Part shown: one piece after another, positions 1 through 7,291 of the stretch | How positions within the stretch are numbered: position 1 is the stretch's first letter | Layout of the letters: every line of letters starts with the position of its first letter | From: an uncultured Geobacter sp. | GTDB taxonomy: Bacteria > Desulfobacterota > Desulfuromonadia > Geobacterales > Geobacteraceae | DNA length: 24,000 bases | Assembly (NCBI GenBank): GCA_964389825.1 | Contig: CAYMFO010000031.1 | Span: 1-24,000, forward strand | Direction of reading: 5' to 3' | The notes under the pieces: generated by a model | Told to the model about the DNA's origin: nothing | Seen by the model: only the letters and a program-made list of their open reading frames with translations | The model's database searches: none | Program-made: the position numbers and the translations under genes

Positions 1-158
1 GCATGTTCGGCGCCAGGCTGGCTGACGGCTGTCCCAGCGGCCACGGCCTCAGCGGTTCCATGCAGCTTGCCGTCAGCGGCTTCGTCGCCCTGGTATGCTT
101 CTTCGCGGGCGGCATGATCGTGGCGCGCATTCTTTACGGAGGAGGTGAGAACAAATGA
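1..158 (+). CDS. YeeE/YedE-family (sulfur/selenium compound transport) membrane protein, C-terminal fragment; 5' end lies outside the window
   Basis: Frame +3 is open from the window edge and reads ..FGARLADGCPSGHGLSGSMQLAVSGFVALVCFFAGGMIVARILYGGGENK*. The DGCxSGHG motif followed by a hydrophobic helix is typical of YeeE/YedE repeats. Its TGA (156-158) overlaps the next ATG (ATGA). Confidence 0.7.
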   Translation, partial: MFGARLADGCPSGHGLSGSMQLAVSGFVALVCFFAGGMIVARILYGGGENK

Positions 159-682
159 CATCCCTCATCTACGGCCTGATCACCGGCGTCCTCTTCGGAT
201 TTCTGCTGCAGAAAGGACGGGTGCTGCGCTACGACATGCAGCTCGGCGCCCTGCGCCTCAGGGACATGACCATCGTCAAATTCATGCTATCCGCCGTGCT
301 CGTCGGCATGGTTGGAGTCTATCTGTTGAACGACCTGGGCCTGGCAAAGCTGTCCATCAAGCCGATGATATTCGGCGGGGTGGTAATCGGAGGCCTCATT
401 TTCGGCATCGGATGGGGGCTCCTGGGTTACTGCCCCGGAACCTCCCTGGGCGCATTGGGCGAAGGCCGATGGGATTCACTGTGGGGCATAGCCGGCATGC
501 TGGGCGGCGCGGCCCTTTATGCCGAGGCATATCCGCTCATGAAGTCCACGGTCCTGACCTGGGGAAATGTCGGCAAGATTACCCTGCCCCAGATCCTGGG
601 CGTGAACCACTGGGTCATCATACCCCTGTTCATCATCGGCGGGCTGCTGCTCTTCCGCTGGTTCGAGAAAAAGGGGTTATAG
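155..682 (+). CDS. YeeE/YedE-family membrane protein (half-size, second member of a split pair)
   Basis: 175-aa ORF, strongly hydrophobic with several predicted helices, and a GWGLLGYCPGTS Cys motif characteristic of YeeE/YedE. The ATGA overlap with the upstream paralogous fragment suggests translational coupling. Confidence 0.8.
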   Translation: MTSLIYGLITGVLFGFLLQKGRVLRYDMQLGALRLRDMTIVKFMLSAVLVGMVGVYLLNDLGLAKLSIKPMIFGGVVIGGLIFGIGWGLLGYCPGTSLGALGEGRWDSLWGIAGMLGGAALYAEAYPLMKSTVLTWGNVGKITLPQILGVNHWVIIPLFIIGGLLLFRWFEKKGL

Positions 683-768
683 CGCAAACAGACCGGCGGC
701 GGGAAGGCGCGGACATGTCAAGCGGATACTGATCCGGGCCGGGTCATTTCCGGAGCGGGAAAATGTCC

Positions 769-797
769 TTGCCGTAAATTATGTAAACGGATATATA
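769..797 (+). promoter_or_regulatory. Candidate sigma70 promoter for the ABM-fold gene
   Basis: TTGCCG (769-774), 17-nt spacer, TATATA (792-797). The recurring ACGGATATAT motif (787-796) overlaps the -10 element. An inverted repeat CGGATactgATCCG lies at 723-736. Confidence 0.3.
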
Positions 798-863
798 ACG
801 AAGGGGCATGATTAACGGCCGGCTCCTTTTGCGGGAGCGACGTTCCGCCGAGATTCAGACTAA

Positions 864-916
864 GGCGCTCGGCAATGAGCGCCTGATCACGATGGCGCCC
901 CGGCAATCGGGCGCCA
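864..916 (+). promoter_or_regulatory. Tandem hairpin leader element (two stems with the same GGCAAT loop) just upstream of the ABM gene SD
   Basis: Hairpin 1: GGCGCTC (864-870) / GAGCGCC (877-883), loop GGCAAT. Hairpin 2: TGGCGCCC (893-900) / GGGCGCCA (909-916), loop CGGCAATC. Alternative pairing GCCGAG (848-853) / CTCGGC (868-873) competes with hairpin 1. The SD region AAAGGAGCGCTC (925-936) repeats the GAGCGC arm. Confidence 0.4.
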
Positions 917-937
917 TCCAACGAAAAGGAGCGCTCT

Positions 938-1300
938 ATGGCGACTGACGACAAATGCTGCACCATCGTACCCTACTTCAAAATCAAGGAAGGCAAGGAC
1001 GGGGAATTCAGACGGCTGGGCGATGAAATGGTCGAGAAAACAAAGGGAGAGCCGAAGTGCCTGTACTATGGTTTCTCCTTCAACGGAGACGAGGCCCACT
1101 GCCGCGAAGGTTATGTCGATGCGGAAGGACTCCTGGCCCACCTGGAGAACGTGGGCGAGCTATTGGGTCAGGCATTGAAAATCGCGGATATCATCCGCCT
1201 GGAAGTCCATGGGCCCGAGCAGGAACTGGCCAGGCTCCGGGAACCCCTGGCTGGACTTAATCCCCGCTTCTTCCAGTTGGAGTGCGGTTTCCGCCGCTGA
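938..1300 (+). CDS. ABM-fold (antibiotic biosynthesis monooxygenase-like, dimeric alpha/beta barrel) small protein
   Basis: 120-aa ORF with SD AAAGGAG 7 nt upstream. Sequence pattern (CTIVPYFKIKEGK..YYGFSFNGDEAHCREGYVDAEGLLAHLENV..LEVHGP) resembles ABM/ferredoxin-like barrel proteins. Family call is from recognition only. Confidence 0.6.
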   Translation: MATDDKCCTIVPYFKIKEGKDGEFRRLGDEMVEKTKGEPKCLYYGFSFNGDEAHCREGYVDAEGLLAHLENVGELLGQALKIADIIRLEVHGPEQELARLREPLAGLNPRFFQLECGFRR

Positions 1301-1321
1301 CCCGGAGCATGGGAAAAAGCC

Positions 1322-1346
1322 GCGCCCCGATGGCCCCTCGGGGCGC
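1322..1346 (+). terminator. GC-rich hairpin after the ABM gene (possible terminator, no U-tract)
   Basis: Perfect 9-bp stem GCGCCCCGA (1322-1330) / TCGGGGCGC (1338-1346), 7-nt loop, 22 nt after the stop codon. No T-run follows, so intrinsic-terminator status is uncertain. Confidence 0.3.
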
Positions 1347-1450
1347 CTGACATCTCATGGCAAACATCTCGGGAAAAATGAAACAGAAACGGAATATAAC
1401 GCAAACCCCGGTGTCGCATACCGGACAGAACGCAAAAAAAGGAGAATCCC

Positions 1451-1753
1451 ATGCCTGAGTTCGGTTCGCCCTTTTCCGGGCTGGCGCACGACAGGAAGCT
1501 TACCGAAGCGGAACTGATCCGCGCCATACGTTTCATGGTCGCGGCGGAGTATGAGGCGATACAGCTGTATATGCAGCTCGCCGAATCAACGGACAACATG
1601 CTCGCCATCGAGGTGCTCAAGGATATCGCGGATGAGGAAAGGGTCCACGCGGGCGAGTTCCTCCGGCTCCTCCACGAGCTTGATCCGGATGAGAAAAGAT
1701 TCTACGACGAAGGCGCGGAAGAGGTCGAAGAAGAGATAGAGAAGATGACATAA
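1451..1753 (+). CDS. Small ferritin-like / rubrerythrin-like diiron-motif protein (half-ferritin, about 100 aa)
   Basis: 100-aa ORF with SD AAAGGAGAA upstream. Carries a helix pair with AAEYEAIQLY and DEERVHAGEF (E...ExxH ligand pattern) and an acidic C-terminus. Confidence 0.7.
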   Translation: MPEFGSPFSGLAHDRKLTEAELIRAIRFMVAAEYEAIQLYMQLAESTDNMLAIEVLKDIADEERVHAGEFLRLLHELDPDEKRFYDEGAEEVEEEIEKMT

Positions 1754-1808
1754 CCCTTCTGCCGCACAAAGTTATCAATACGCCGTGAAAGGACCTTGAA
1801 ACGCTCTA

Positions 1809-2561
1809 ATGGAATACGGTACCGGCTGTCTCGTCTGCGGGGAAGATGTAGTCTACTCCGTGACATTATCAAGATCCACATGCTTCTACTGTGGAGCCAT
1901 TAAAGAAACAAACACCTCCTGTCGGCTTGGCCACTATGTCTGCGACACATGCCACAATGCTGGCGCAAACGACCTGATCGAGAGGTACTGTTCAGGCGCA
2001 AGTCGCCCCTCTCCCCTTGCCACGGCTATTAACCTGATGAAGAATCCGGCGGTCAAGATGCACGGGCCGGAGCATCATTTTCTCGTCCCGGCGGCGCTGC
2101 TCTCCGCTTTCCATTCAGCGACGAATCTCTCCGGATTAAACGCAGCGGAGAAAATTCGGGAGGCGAGAAGCAGGGCTGAAGAGGTTAAAGGAGGTTTCTG
2201 CGGCTTTCAGGGAGCGTGCGGCGCAGCCATTGGCGCCGGGATATTCATGAGTATCATCACCAGCGCCACCCCACTTTCAGACAGGGAACGGCAACTCTCC
2301 AACCTGATCACGGCCGAATGCTTGCTGGCCATTGCCGAAAACGGCGGTGCCCGCTGCTGCAAGCGTGAATCACTTCAGACCATCATCAGCGCCGCGGCAT
2401 TCGTGCAAAGGGAGATGGGGATCACCCTTCCCATCGATTGCCTGCCACCCTGCCCCTTTACTTCCAGGAACCGGGAATGCCTACGGGAAAGATGCAAATT
2501 TTTCCAGGGAACGGAGCGAAAACCAGGCACAAGCTCAGCAACACAAGGGAAAAGGAAATAA
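1809..2561 (+). CDS. Cys-rich putative metal/redox protein: N-terminal zinc-ribbon-like CxxC pairs plus a CGAxxG-type domain (DUF5714-like)
   Basis: 250-aa ORF. N-terminus has CLVCG..CFYCG..C..CDTCH. Central part has MHGPEHHFLVPAALL and GGFCGFQGACGAAIGAGIF, reminiscent of the C_GCAxxG_C_C redox family. C-terminal Cys residues are present (RCCKRE, CLPPCP). Family name is from memory, not searched. Confidence 0.55.
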   Translation: MEYGTGCLVCGEDVVYSVTLSRSTCFYCGAIKETNTSCRLGHYVCDTCHNAGANDLIERYCSGASRPSPLATAINLMKNPAVKMHGPEHHFLVPAALLSAFHSATNLSGLNAAEKIREARSRAEEVKGGFCGFQGACGAAIGAGIFMSIITSATPLSDRERQLSNLITAECLLAIAENGGARCCKRESLQTIISAAAFVQREMGITLPIDCLPPCPFTSRNRECLRERCKFFQGTERKPGTSSATQGKRK

Positions 2562-2587
2562 GCATACAACCCGGAAACGGCATTTGA

Positions 2588-2723
2588 TCACGCGAAGACG
2601 CAAAGAAATTCAAATAGCCGCGGAACAAGCTGGTATCACCGGTCAGGTAAATGGCCTCATTTGACATGTTCTTGATTTTCCTTCGCGTTCTTTGCGGCTT
2701 TGCGTGAGACCGACATTTTCAGG
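2588..2723. repeat. Copy A of a ~125-bp element with ~20-bp imperfect terminal inverted repeats (MITE-like or structured RNA)
   Basis: TCACGCGAAGACGCAAAGAA (2588-2607) pairs with TTCTTTGCGGCTTTGCGTGA (2689-2708), 20 bp with one mismatch and one G-U. Hand alignment to 22050-22178 gives roughly 80% identity with one ~9-nt indel. Intergenic. Confidence 0.7.
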
Positions 2724-2780
2724 CACAGTACCGCCGGCCATTCACACACCCTCCCGAATCCGCTACTTTCCGGTTTTCAT

Positions 2781-2809
2781 TTGACTCCCCGCGCGCCATC
2801 CACTAAAGT
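2781..2809 (+). promoter_or_regulatory. Candidate sigma70 promoter for padR
   Basis: TTGACT (2781-2786), 17-nt spacer, TAAAGT (2804-2809). An imperfect inverted repeat GTTGCCGG..CCGGCAAAC (2808-2838) lies immediately downstream. Confidence 0.3.
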
Positions 2810-2886
2810 TGCCGGAATTTGTCCCGTCGCCGGCAAACCTATTTCCCGTCAGACACGGGACCTTCCCGAAAAAGGAGTTCAATACG

Positions 2887-3336
2887 ATGCCCAGAGGAAT
2901 CTGTCGAAGACACGGCCCCGACACACCCTGCTCCTGCGGCATGGGCAACCTGTACCGCTTCGTGGAACCGGTAACCCTGTATCTGCTGAAGACAAAGGGA
3001 CGGACCCACGGTTACAACCTGGCGGGGGCGCTCAACGACAACACCTTGACCGATTCCCGCATCGAACCGGGGGCGCTCTACCGGACGCTGCGCCGCCTGG
3101 AAGAGAACGGCTTTGTTGTTTCCACCTGGGATGTGACCGGTTGCGGACCGGCGCGCAGGCTGTACGACCTGACACCCGAAGGTGAAGAGCATCTGGGGGA
3201 GTGGCTGGTGGTCCTGGAGCGACTCTCCCTGTCCCTTGCCAGGTTTGTGGCCGACGCGGGCGCCGTTCTCCAGGAAGCCCCGTCCGGGAAAAAAAGGAAG
3301 CGAAAACCACGGGAAAACAACACAGACGCGAAATAA
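2887..3336 (+). CDS. PadR-family transcriptional regulator
   Basis: Internal ATG at 2887 is preceded by AAAAGGAG. Winged-helix pattern LYRFVEPVTLYLLKTKGRTHGYNLAGAL...PGALYRTLRRLEENGFVVSTW...RRLYDLTPEGEEHL is classic PadR. N-terminal CRRHG..CSC and a basic C-terminal tail. Confidence 0.85.
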   Translation: MPRGICRRHGPDTPCSCGMGNLYRFVEPVTLYLLKTKGRTHGYNLAGALNDNTLTDSRIEPGALYRTLRRLEENGFVVSTWDVTGCGPARRLYDLTPEGEEHLGEWLVVLERLSLSLARFVADAGAVLQEAPSGKKRKRKPRENNTDAK

Positions 3337-3366
3337 GGCAAAAACCATCTCTTCGCATGAAAGGCA

Positions 3367-4764
3367 TTGTCCGTGCTGAAAAATATTCCGAAAGTCGACA
3401 AGGTAATGGATTGGCCGGAGATCAGCGGTCTTCTGGAGGAAAACCCGAGGCCGGTGGTGCTGGAAGCGGTGCGCCGCGCGCTGGACATGCTGCGTGCAGA
3501 GGCTCTGCGGGGAACCGCGACTGAAGAGGATTTCACGGAGAAATCCGTCACCGCCAGGGTCCGGGTCTCCCTGGACCGGGCAAACGCACCCGGACTGCGA
3601 CGGGTGATCAACGCCACCGGCGTCATTCTGCACACCAACCTGGGGCGCGCGCCTATATCGGAATCCCTTCGGGAATCCATCCTTGAAGCAGCTTTCGGAT
3701 ACAACACCCTGGAATTCGACCTGGAAATGGGTGTTCGCGGCCACCGGGCCATACACGTTGAGAAACTGGCGCAACAACTGACCGGCGCCGAAGCGGCGGT
3801 GGTGGTAAACAATAACGCGGCGGCGGTGATGCTGGCCCTCACCTCCCTTGCCAAGGGACGTGAGGTGATCGTCTCCCGGGGCGAACTGGTCGAGATAGGG
3901 GGCTCGTTCCGCATTCCCGAGGTGATGGAGCAGAGCGGAGCGATCCTGCGGGAGGTAGGCGCCACCAACAAGACCCATCTCCGGGACTACAGATCGGCAT
4001 TGACCCCTGACACGGCCCTCCTCCTCAAGGTCCATACCAGCAATTTCGCCATGGTCGGTTTTACGGCTGAGGTTAGCGTGGAGGATATGGCCGCCCTGGG
4101 CCGGGAGTCGTCCATTCCGGTGATGGTGGACGCGGGGAGCGGCTGTTTCGTGGATCTGGCCGCGCGCGGAATCCCCGGCGAACGCACGATCCGTGATTAC
4201 CTCGACGCGGGCGCTGACCTGGTGACCTTCAGCGGAGACAAGCTCCTGGGCGGCCCCCAGGCGGGGATAATCGTCGGCAAACGGGAATTCGTGGACCCCA
4301 TGAAAAAACATCCGCTCCTGCGGGCGCTGCGCGTGGACAAGGTTACCCTCGCGGCCCTCGAAGGGACACTGCGCCTCTACCGCGACGAACGTCTGGCCCT
4401 CTCCAGCATACCCACCCTGCGGATGCTGACCATGAGCGACTCCGAGCTTGCCTCACGCGCCTCCACCATGGTAAGGCGCATGCGCAGGGCTCTCCCTTCC
4501 TCCGTGGCGACAAAGACGCTGCGCGGGACATCGCCCGTGGGCGGCGGCTCTTACCCCCTGCTGGAAATCCCCTCGACCCTCGTCTCCGTCTCTATCCCCG
4601 GACTCTCCCCCCGGCAGCTTGAAGAAAAGATGAGGACCGGCCATATCCCCGTTATCGGCAGGATAGCGCGCGAAGAATACCTGCTCGACCCTCGCACCCT
4701 CCTGGACGGCGATATCGCGGATATTATCGACGCCATCAGGACCATCGCGGAAACGCCCCGGTAA
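3367..4764 (+). CDS. selA: L-seryl-tRNA(Sec) selenium transferase
   Basis: 465 aa, collinear with E. coli SelA as I recall it: INATGVILHTNLGRA, VVNNNAAAV, VSRGELVEIGGSFRIPEVM, and FSGDKLLGGPQAGIIVGK containing the PLP lysine. Start is TTG at 3367 (GTG at 3373 is an alternative). Confidence 0.95.
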   Translation: MSVLKNIPKVDKVMDWPEISGLLEENPRPVVLEAVRRALDMLRAEALRGTATEEDFTEKSVTARVRVSLDRANAPGLRRVINATGVILHTNLGRAPISESLRESILEAAFGYNTLEFDLEMGVRGHRAIHVEKLAQQLTGAEAAVVVNNNAAAVMLALTSLAKGREVIVSRGELVEIGGSFRIPEVMEQSGAILREVGATNKTHLRDYRSALTPDTALLLKVHTSNFAMVGFTAEVSVEDMAALGRESSIPVMVDAGSGCFVDLAARGIPGERTIRDYLDAGADLVTFSGDKLLGGPQAGIIVGKREFVDPMKKHPLLRALRVDKVTLAALEGTLRLYRDERLALSSIPTLRMLTMSDSELASRASTMVRRMRRALPSSVATKTLRGTSPVGGGSYPLLEIPSTLVSVSIPGLSPRQLEEKMRTGHIPVIGRIAREEYLLDPRTLLDGDIADIIDAIRTIAETPR

Positions 4765-4846
4765 TGAGGTACGATTACCCCGAAAACGGCAATTGGAGTT
4801 GTCCGAAGAGAACAACTCGGGCTTGATTCGTTGCTACTCCCCAAAT

Positions 4847-4938
4847 CCCCTCACCCGGCCTTCAGCCACCCTCTCCCACAGGGGGAGAGAGGGTTCGTGT
4901 TTTCCCTCGCCCTCCGGGAGAGGGGCAGGGGTGAGGGG
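4847..4938. repeat. Compound imperfect palindrome, REP-like intergenic element between convergent selA and selB
   Basis: Outer arms CCCCTCACCC (4847-4856) / GGGTGAGGGG (4929-4938). Inner hairpins CCCTCTCCC-aca-GGGGGAGAGAGGG (4869-4893) and CCCTCGCCCTCC-ggga-GAGGGGCAGGG (4904-4930). Composition is of the CCCTCTCCC/GGGAGAGGG type seen in REP-like elements of many proteobacteria. Confidence 0.6.
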
Positions 4939-5110
4939 AAAAAACGCCGACTTTACCGCAAATGATGAATCAGGCGATTCGGCGCGGGGGCTTTTATCCA
5001 GATTTTCATAATGTTCTGAAGTTACATCGGCTGTAGCGAAAGGAACTTAGAGCAGCAGAAGAAGGGCATCCGGAGTGAACGAAGGATAACTCCAGCTGCC
5101 GAATCAAGGA

Positions 5111-7021
5111 TTATTTCCTCCTGGGCAGACGCTTGTCCCCTACCCTGATGGTCACTTTTTCCTGATCGAAGTATTCCAGCAGCGGCATCATGAACTTGCG
5201 GGAAAGACCTGTTATCTCCCGGAATTCCGGCGGCGTGATCTCTCCCTTTTCCCTCAGATATCCCACGAGGCGCGCCCTGATCTCCGCCAGAGCTTCCGGC
5301 GCGTAGAAGACATCACTCTTGATCTTCACCACCCTGCCGGTCCGCGCCAGAAGGTTGATGTGATCCATCAGTTCCTTTTCCCCCCTGCCGAGACGCTGCC
5401 CCAGCTCCTTCAGGTTGGGGGGCTCCATGCCGGCATCCCGCAGCGCGGCCTCGATCTTTTCCAGCAGCTCCTCTCCCGAAGGTTCGCCTCCCGCCTTCCA
5501 CCCCGGTTTTTTCACCAGGTCCCTGTCCACGATGGCCTTTTCTTCCTTCTCCAGGGACGCAAGGAGCGGACCGAAGAAGCGGAGGTCCGACCTCCTGGGG
5601 ATGCGGGCCTTCAGCTCTTCCTTGCCGATCCCCTCCTTCAGGGGATTTTCCCGCAGATATGCGTCAAGGCCTTCGAGCAGCAGCGTCTTCAGGGCCTCGA
5701 ACGACTCCTTGGCCAGCAGGATGCGCGGCTCGCGCACCATCTGCGACACCAGTCCCTTGGAAAGAAGGGCGGCAAGAGCGGCCTCGGTCCGTTTCGCCGA
5801 AATGCCGCCGCGGATGACGAGCTCATCCATGGTGATGCCGGTGAGCAGGCTTTCCCTGGTCAGGAGGAGTATCCTGTCCGCGTCCTCCCCCCCTTCCAGC
5901 GATTGCAGGAGCTCCAGCGCCTGGGCCGAACGGCGGCGGCGGCGCGGAGGCGCCGGGTCCAGCACCTGTCCGCCACCAACGGTAATCTCCGGGGAATAAC
6001 TGCGCATGATGAACAGGTCTCCGGGCAGGAGCAGCACCGGTTTCTTGAGGCGCAACTGGACCAGGGTGGAATCCCCCGGCTTGAGGGTGTCCCGGTCCAG
6101 CAGGATCACCTGGGCGGACACCTCATAGGTGGCGGAATGAAGGCGGAGGGTGGCCCGGTGCTTCAGTTCACGGGGCGCGGAAGGGAGAAAACCCAGACGG
6201 GCATCCACGGCCCGGGTGGATCGGAACGCCCCGCGGGGCGCCACCACGTCGCCGCGCGCGATATCGGTATATTCCACCCCCTGGAGATTGACCGCCACCC
6301 GCTGCCCGGCTGAACCCAGGTCCGCTTTCCGGCCGTGGGTCTGGACGCTGCGCACCCGCGTCTCAATGCCGGAAGGGAGAAGCTCCACCTCGTCGCCGGT
6401 GCGGATCTCCCCGGAAAGGAGAGTGCCGGTCACCACCGTGCCGAAGCCGGCCACGGTGAACACCCGGTCCACGGGAAGCCGGAACGGACCGCCCGTGGAT
6501 TTTTCCTCCACCTCGACCGCCAGCGCGGCCAGCCCGGCCTTGATATCCTCCAGTCCCTCGCCGGTCCTGGAAGAGACAGGGATAACCGGCGCGCCCTCGA
6601 GAAAGCTGCCCATGAGGTACTCACGCACCTCTTCGGCGACCATGTCCAGCCATTCCGCTTCCACCATGTCGCTCTTGGTAAGGGCCACCAGGCCCTTCTT
6701 CACTCCGAGCAACTGGCATATCTCCAGGTGCTCCCGCGTCTGGGGCATAACCCCCTCATCAGCGGCAATCACCAGCATCACCAGGTCCATGCCGCCAACG
6801 CCGGCAACCATGGTGCGGACGAATTTTTCATGGCCGGGCACGTCCACGATGCCGAAGCGGATATCGCCCGGCAGGTCCATGTGGGCGAATCCCAGTTCGA
6901 TGGTGATGCCCCGCTCCTTTTCTTCCTTGAGGCGATCGGTGTCGATGCCCGTAAGCGCCCTGACGAGGGATGTCTTGCCGTGGTCGATGTGGCCGGCGGT
7001 TCCGAGAATAAGGTGTTTCAT
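5111..7021 (-). CDS. selB: Selenocysteine-specific translation elongation factor
   Basis: 636 aa. G-domain motifs [19 protein letters not shown] and TKSD, followed by a long C-terminal winged-helix extension as in bacterial SelB. SD AAAGGA upstream of the ATG at 7021. Confidence 0.95.
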   Translation of the reverse strand: MKHLILGTAGHIDHGKTSLVRALTGIDTDRLKEEKERGITIELGFAHMDLPGDIRFGIVDVPGHEKFVRTMVAGVGGMDLVMLVIAADEGVMPQTREHLEICQLLGVKKGLVALTKSDMVEAEWLDMVAEEVREYLMGSFLEGAPVIPVSSRTGEGLEDIKAGLAALAVEVEEKSTGGPFRLPVDRVFTVAGFGTVVTGTLLSGEIRTGDEVELLPSGIETRVRSVQTHGRKADLGSAGQRVAVNLQGVEYTDIARGDVVAPRGAFRSTRAVDARLGFLPSAPRELKHRATLRLHSATYEVSAQVILLDRDTLKPGDSTLVQLRLKKPVLLLPGDLFIMRSYSPEITVGGGQVLDPAPPRRRRRSAQALELLQSLEGGEDADRILLLTRESLLTGITMDELVIRGGISAKRTEAALAALLSKGLVSQMVREPRILLAKESFEALKTLLLEGLDAYLRENPLKEGIGKEELKARIPRRSDLRFFGPLLASLEKEEKAIVDRDLVKKPGWKAGGEPSGEELLEKIEAALRDAGMEPPNLKELGQRLGRGEKELMDHINLLARTGRVVKIKSDVFYAPEALAEIRARLVGYLREKGEITPPEFREITGLSRKFMMPLLEYFDQEKVTIRVGDKRLPRRK

Positions 7022-7291
7022 GGGATGTCCTTTTGACCTTTATTTCAATGGTGGGCGCATATGTAAATGCCGATTCGGCGCAAGTCGCATGCGGACGTAT
7101 TGTACCCATGGCGGCAATGATAGCCAACAAAAAAGAGCCCGTTTCTTCTTTAGCCATCTCCGGCAATCTGAATACGGGAAGACGCTGATTGGCTTTGCAA
7201 TTATATATTGCATAGTGATAATATATTTCCATAAACACTTTCCGTATTCCAACCATCTCTTCCCGGATCAAACACCCACAAGGAAAGGATC

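Noticed and set aside
1451-1753. Encapsulin nanocompartment system (ferritin-like cargo)
   Set aside because: No encapsulin shell (HK97-fold) gene in the window, and the protein ends in an acidic tail rather than a Gly/Ser/Leu-rich targeting peptide.
2839-4311. 490-aa ORF on the minus strand (plus 3078-3971, 297 aa)
   Set aside because: Entirely antisense to padR and selA, which have unmistakable family motifs. Its composition is Arg/Gly/His-rich and low-complexity, typical of antisense frames in GC-rich DNA.
4793-5011. 72-aa ORF in the selA-selB spacer
   Set aside because: It is simply the translation of the REP-like palindrome (..PSGRGAGVRG..). No SD is present, and it is overlapped by inverted repeats.
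4765-5110. Search for tRNA-Sec (selC) next to selA/selB (also checked 7022-7291)
   Set aside because: No GGAAG-type acceptor start, no TCA anticodon loop context (CTTCAAA) and no T-arm GGTTCGA-like sequence seen by eye. A proper tRNAscan-SE/ARAGORN run would be decisive.
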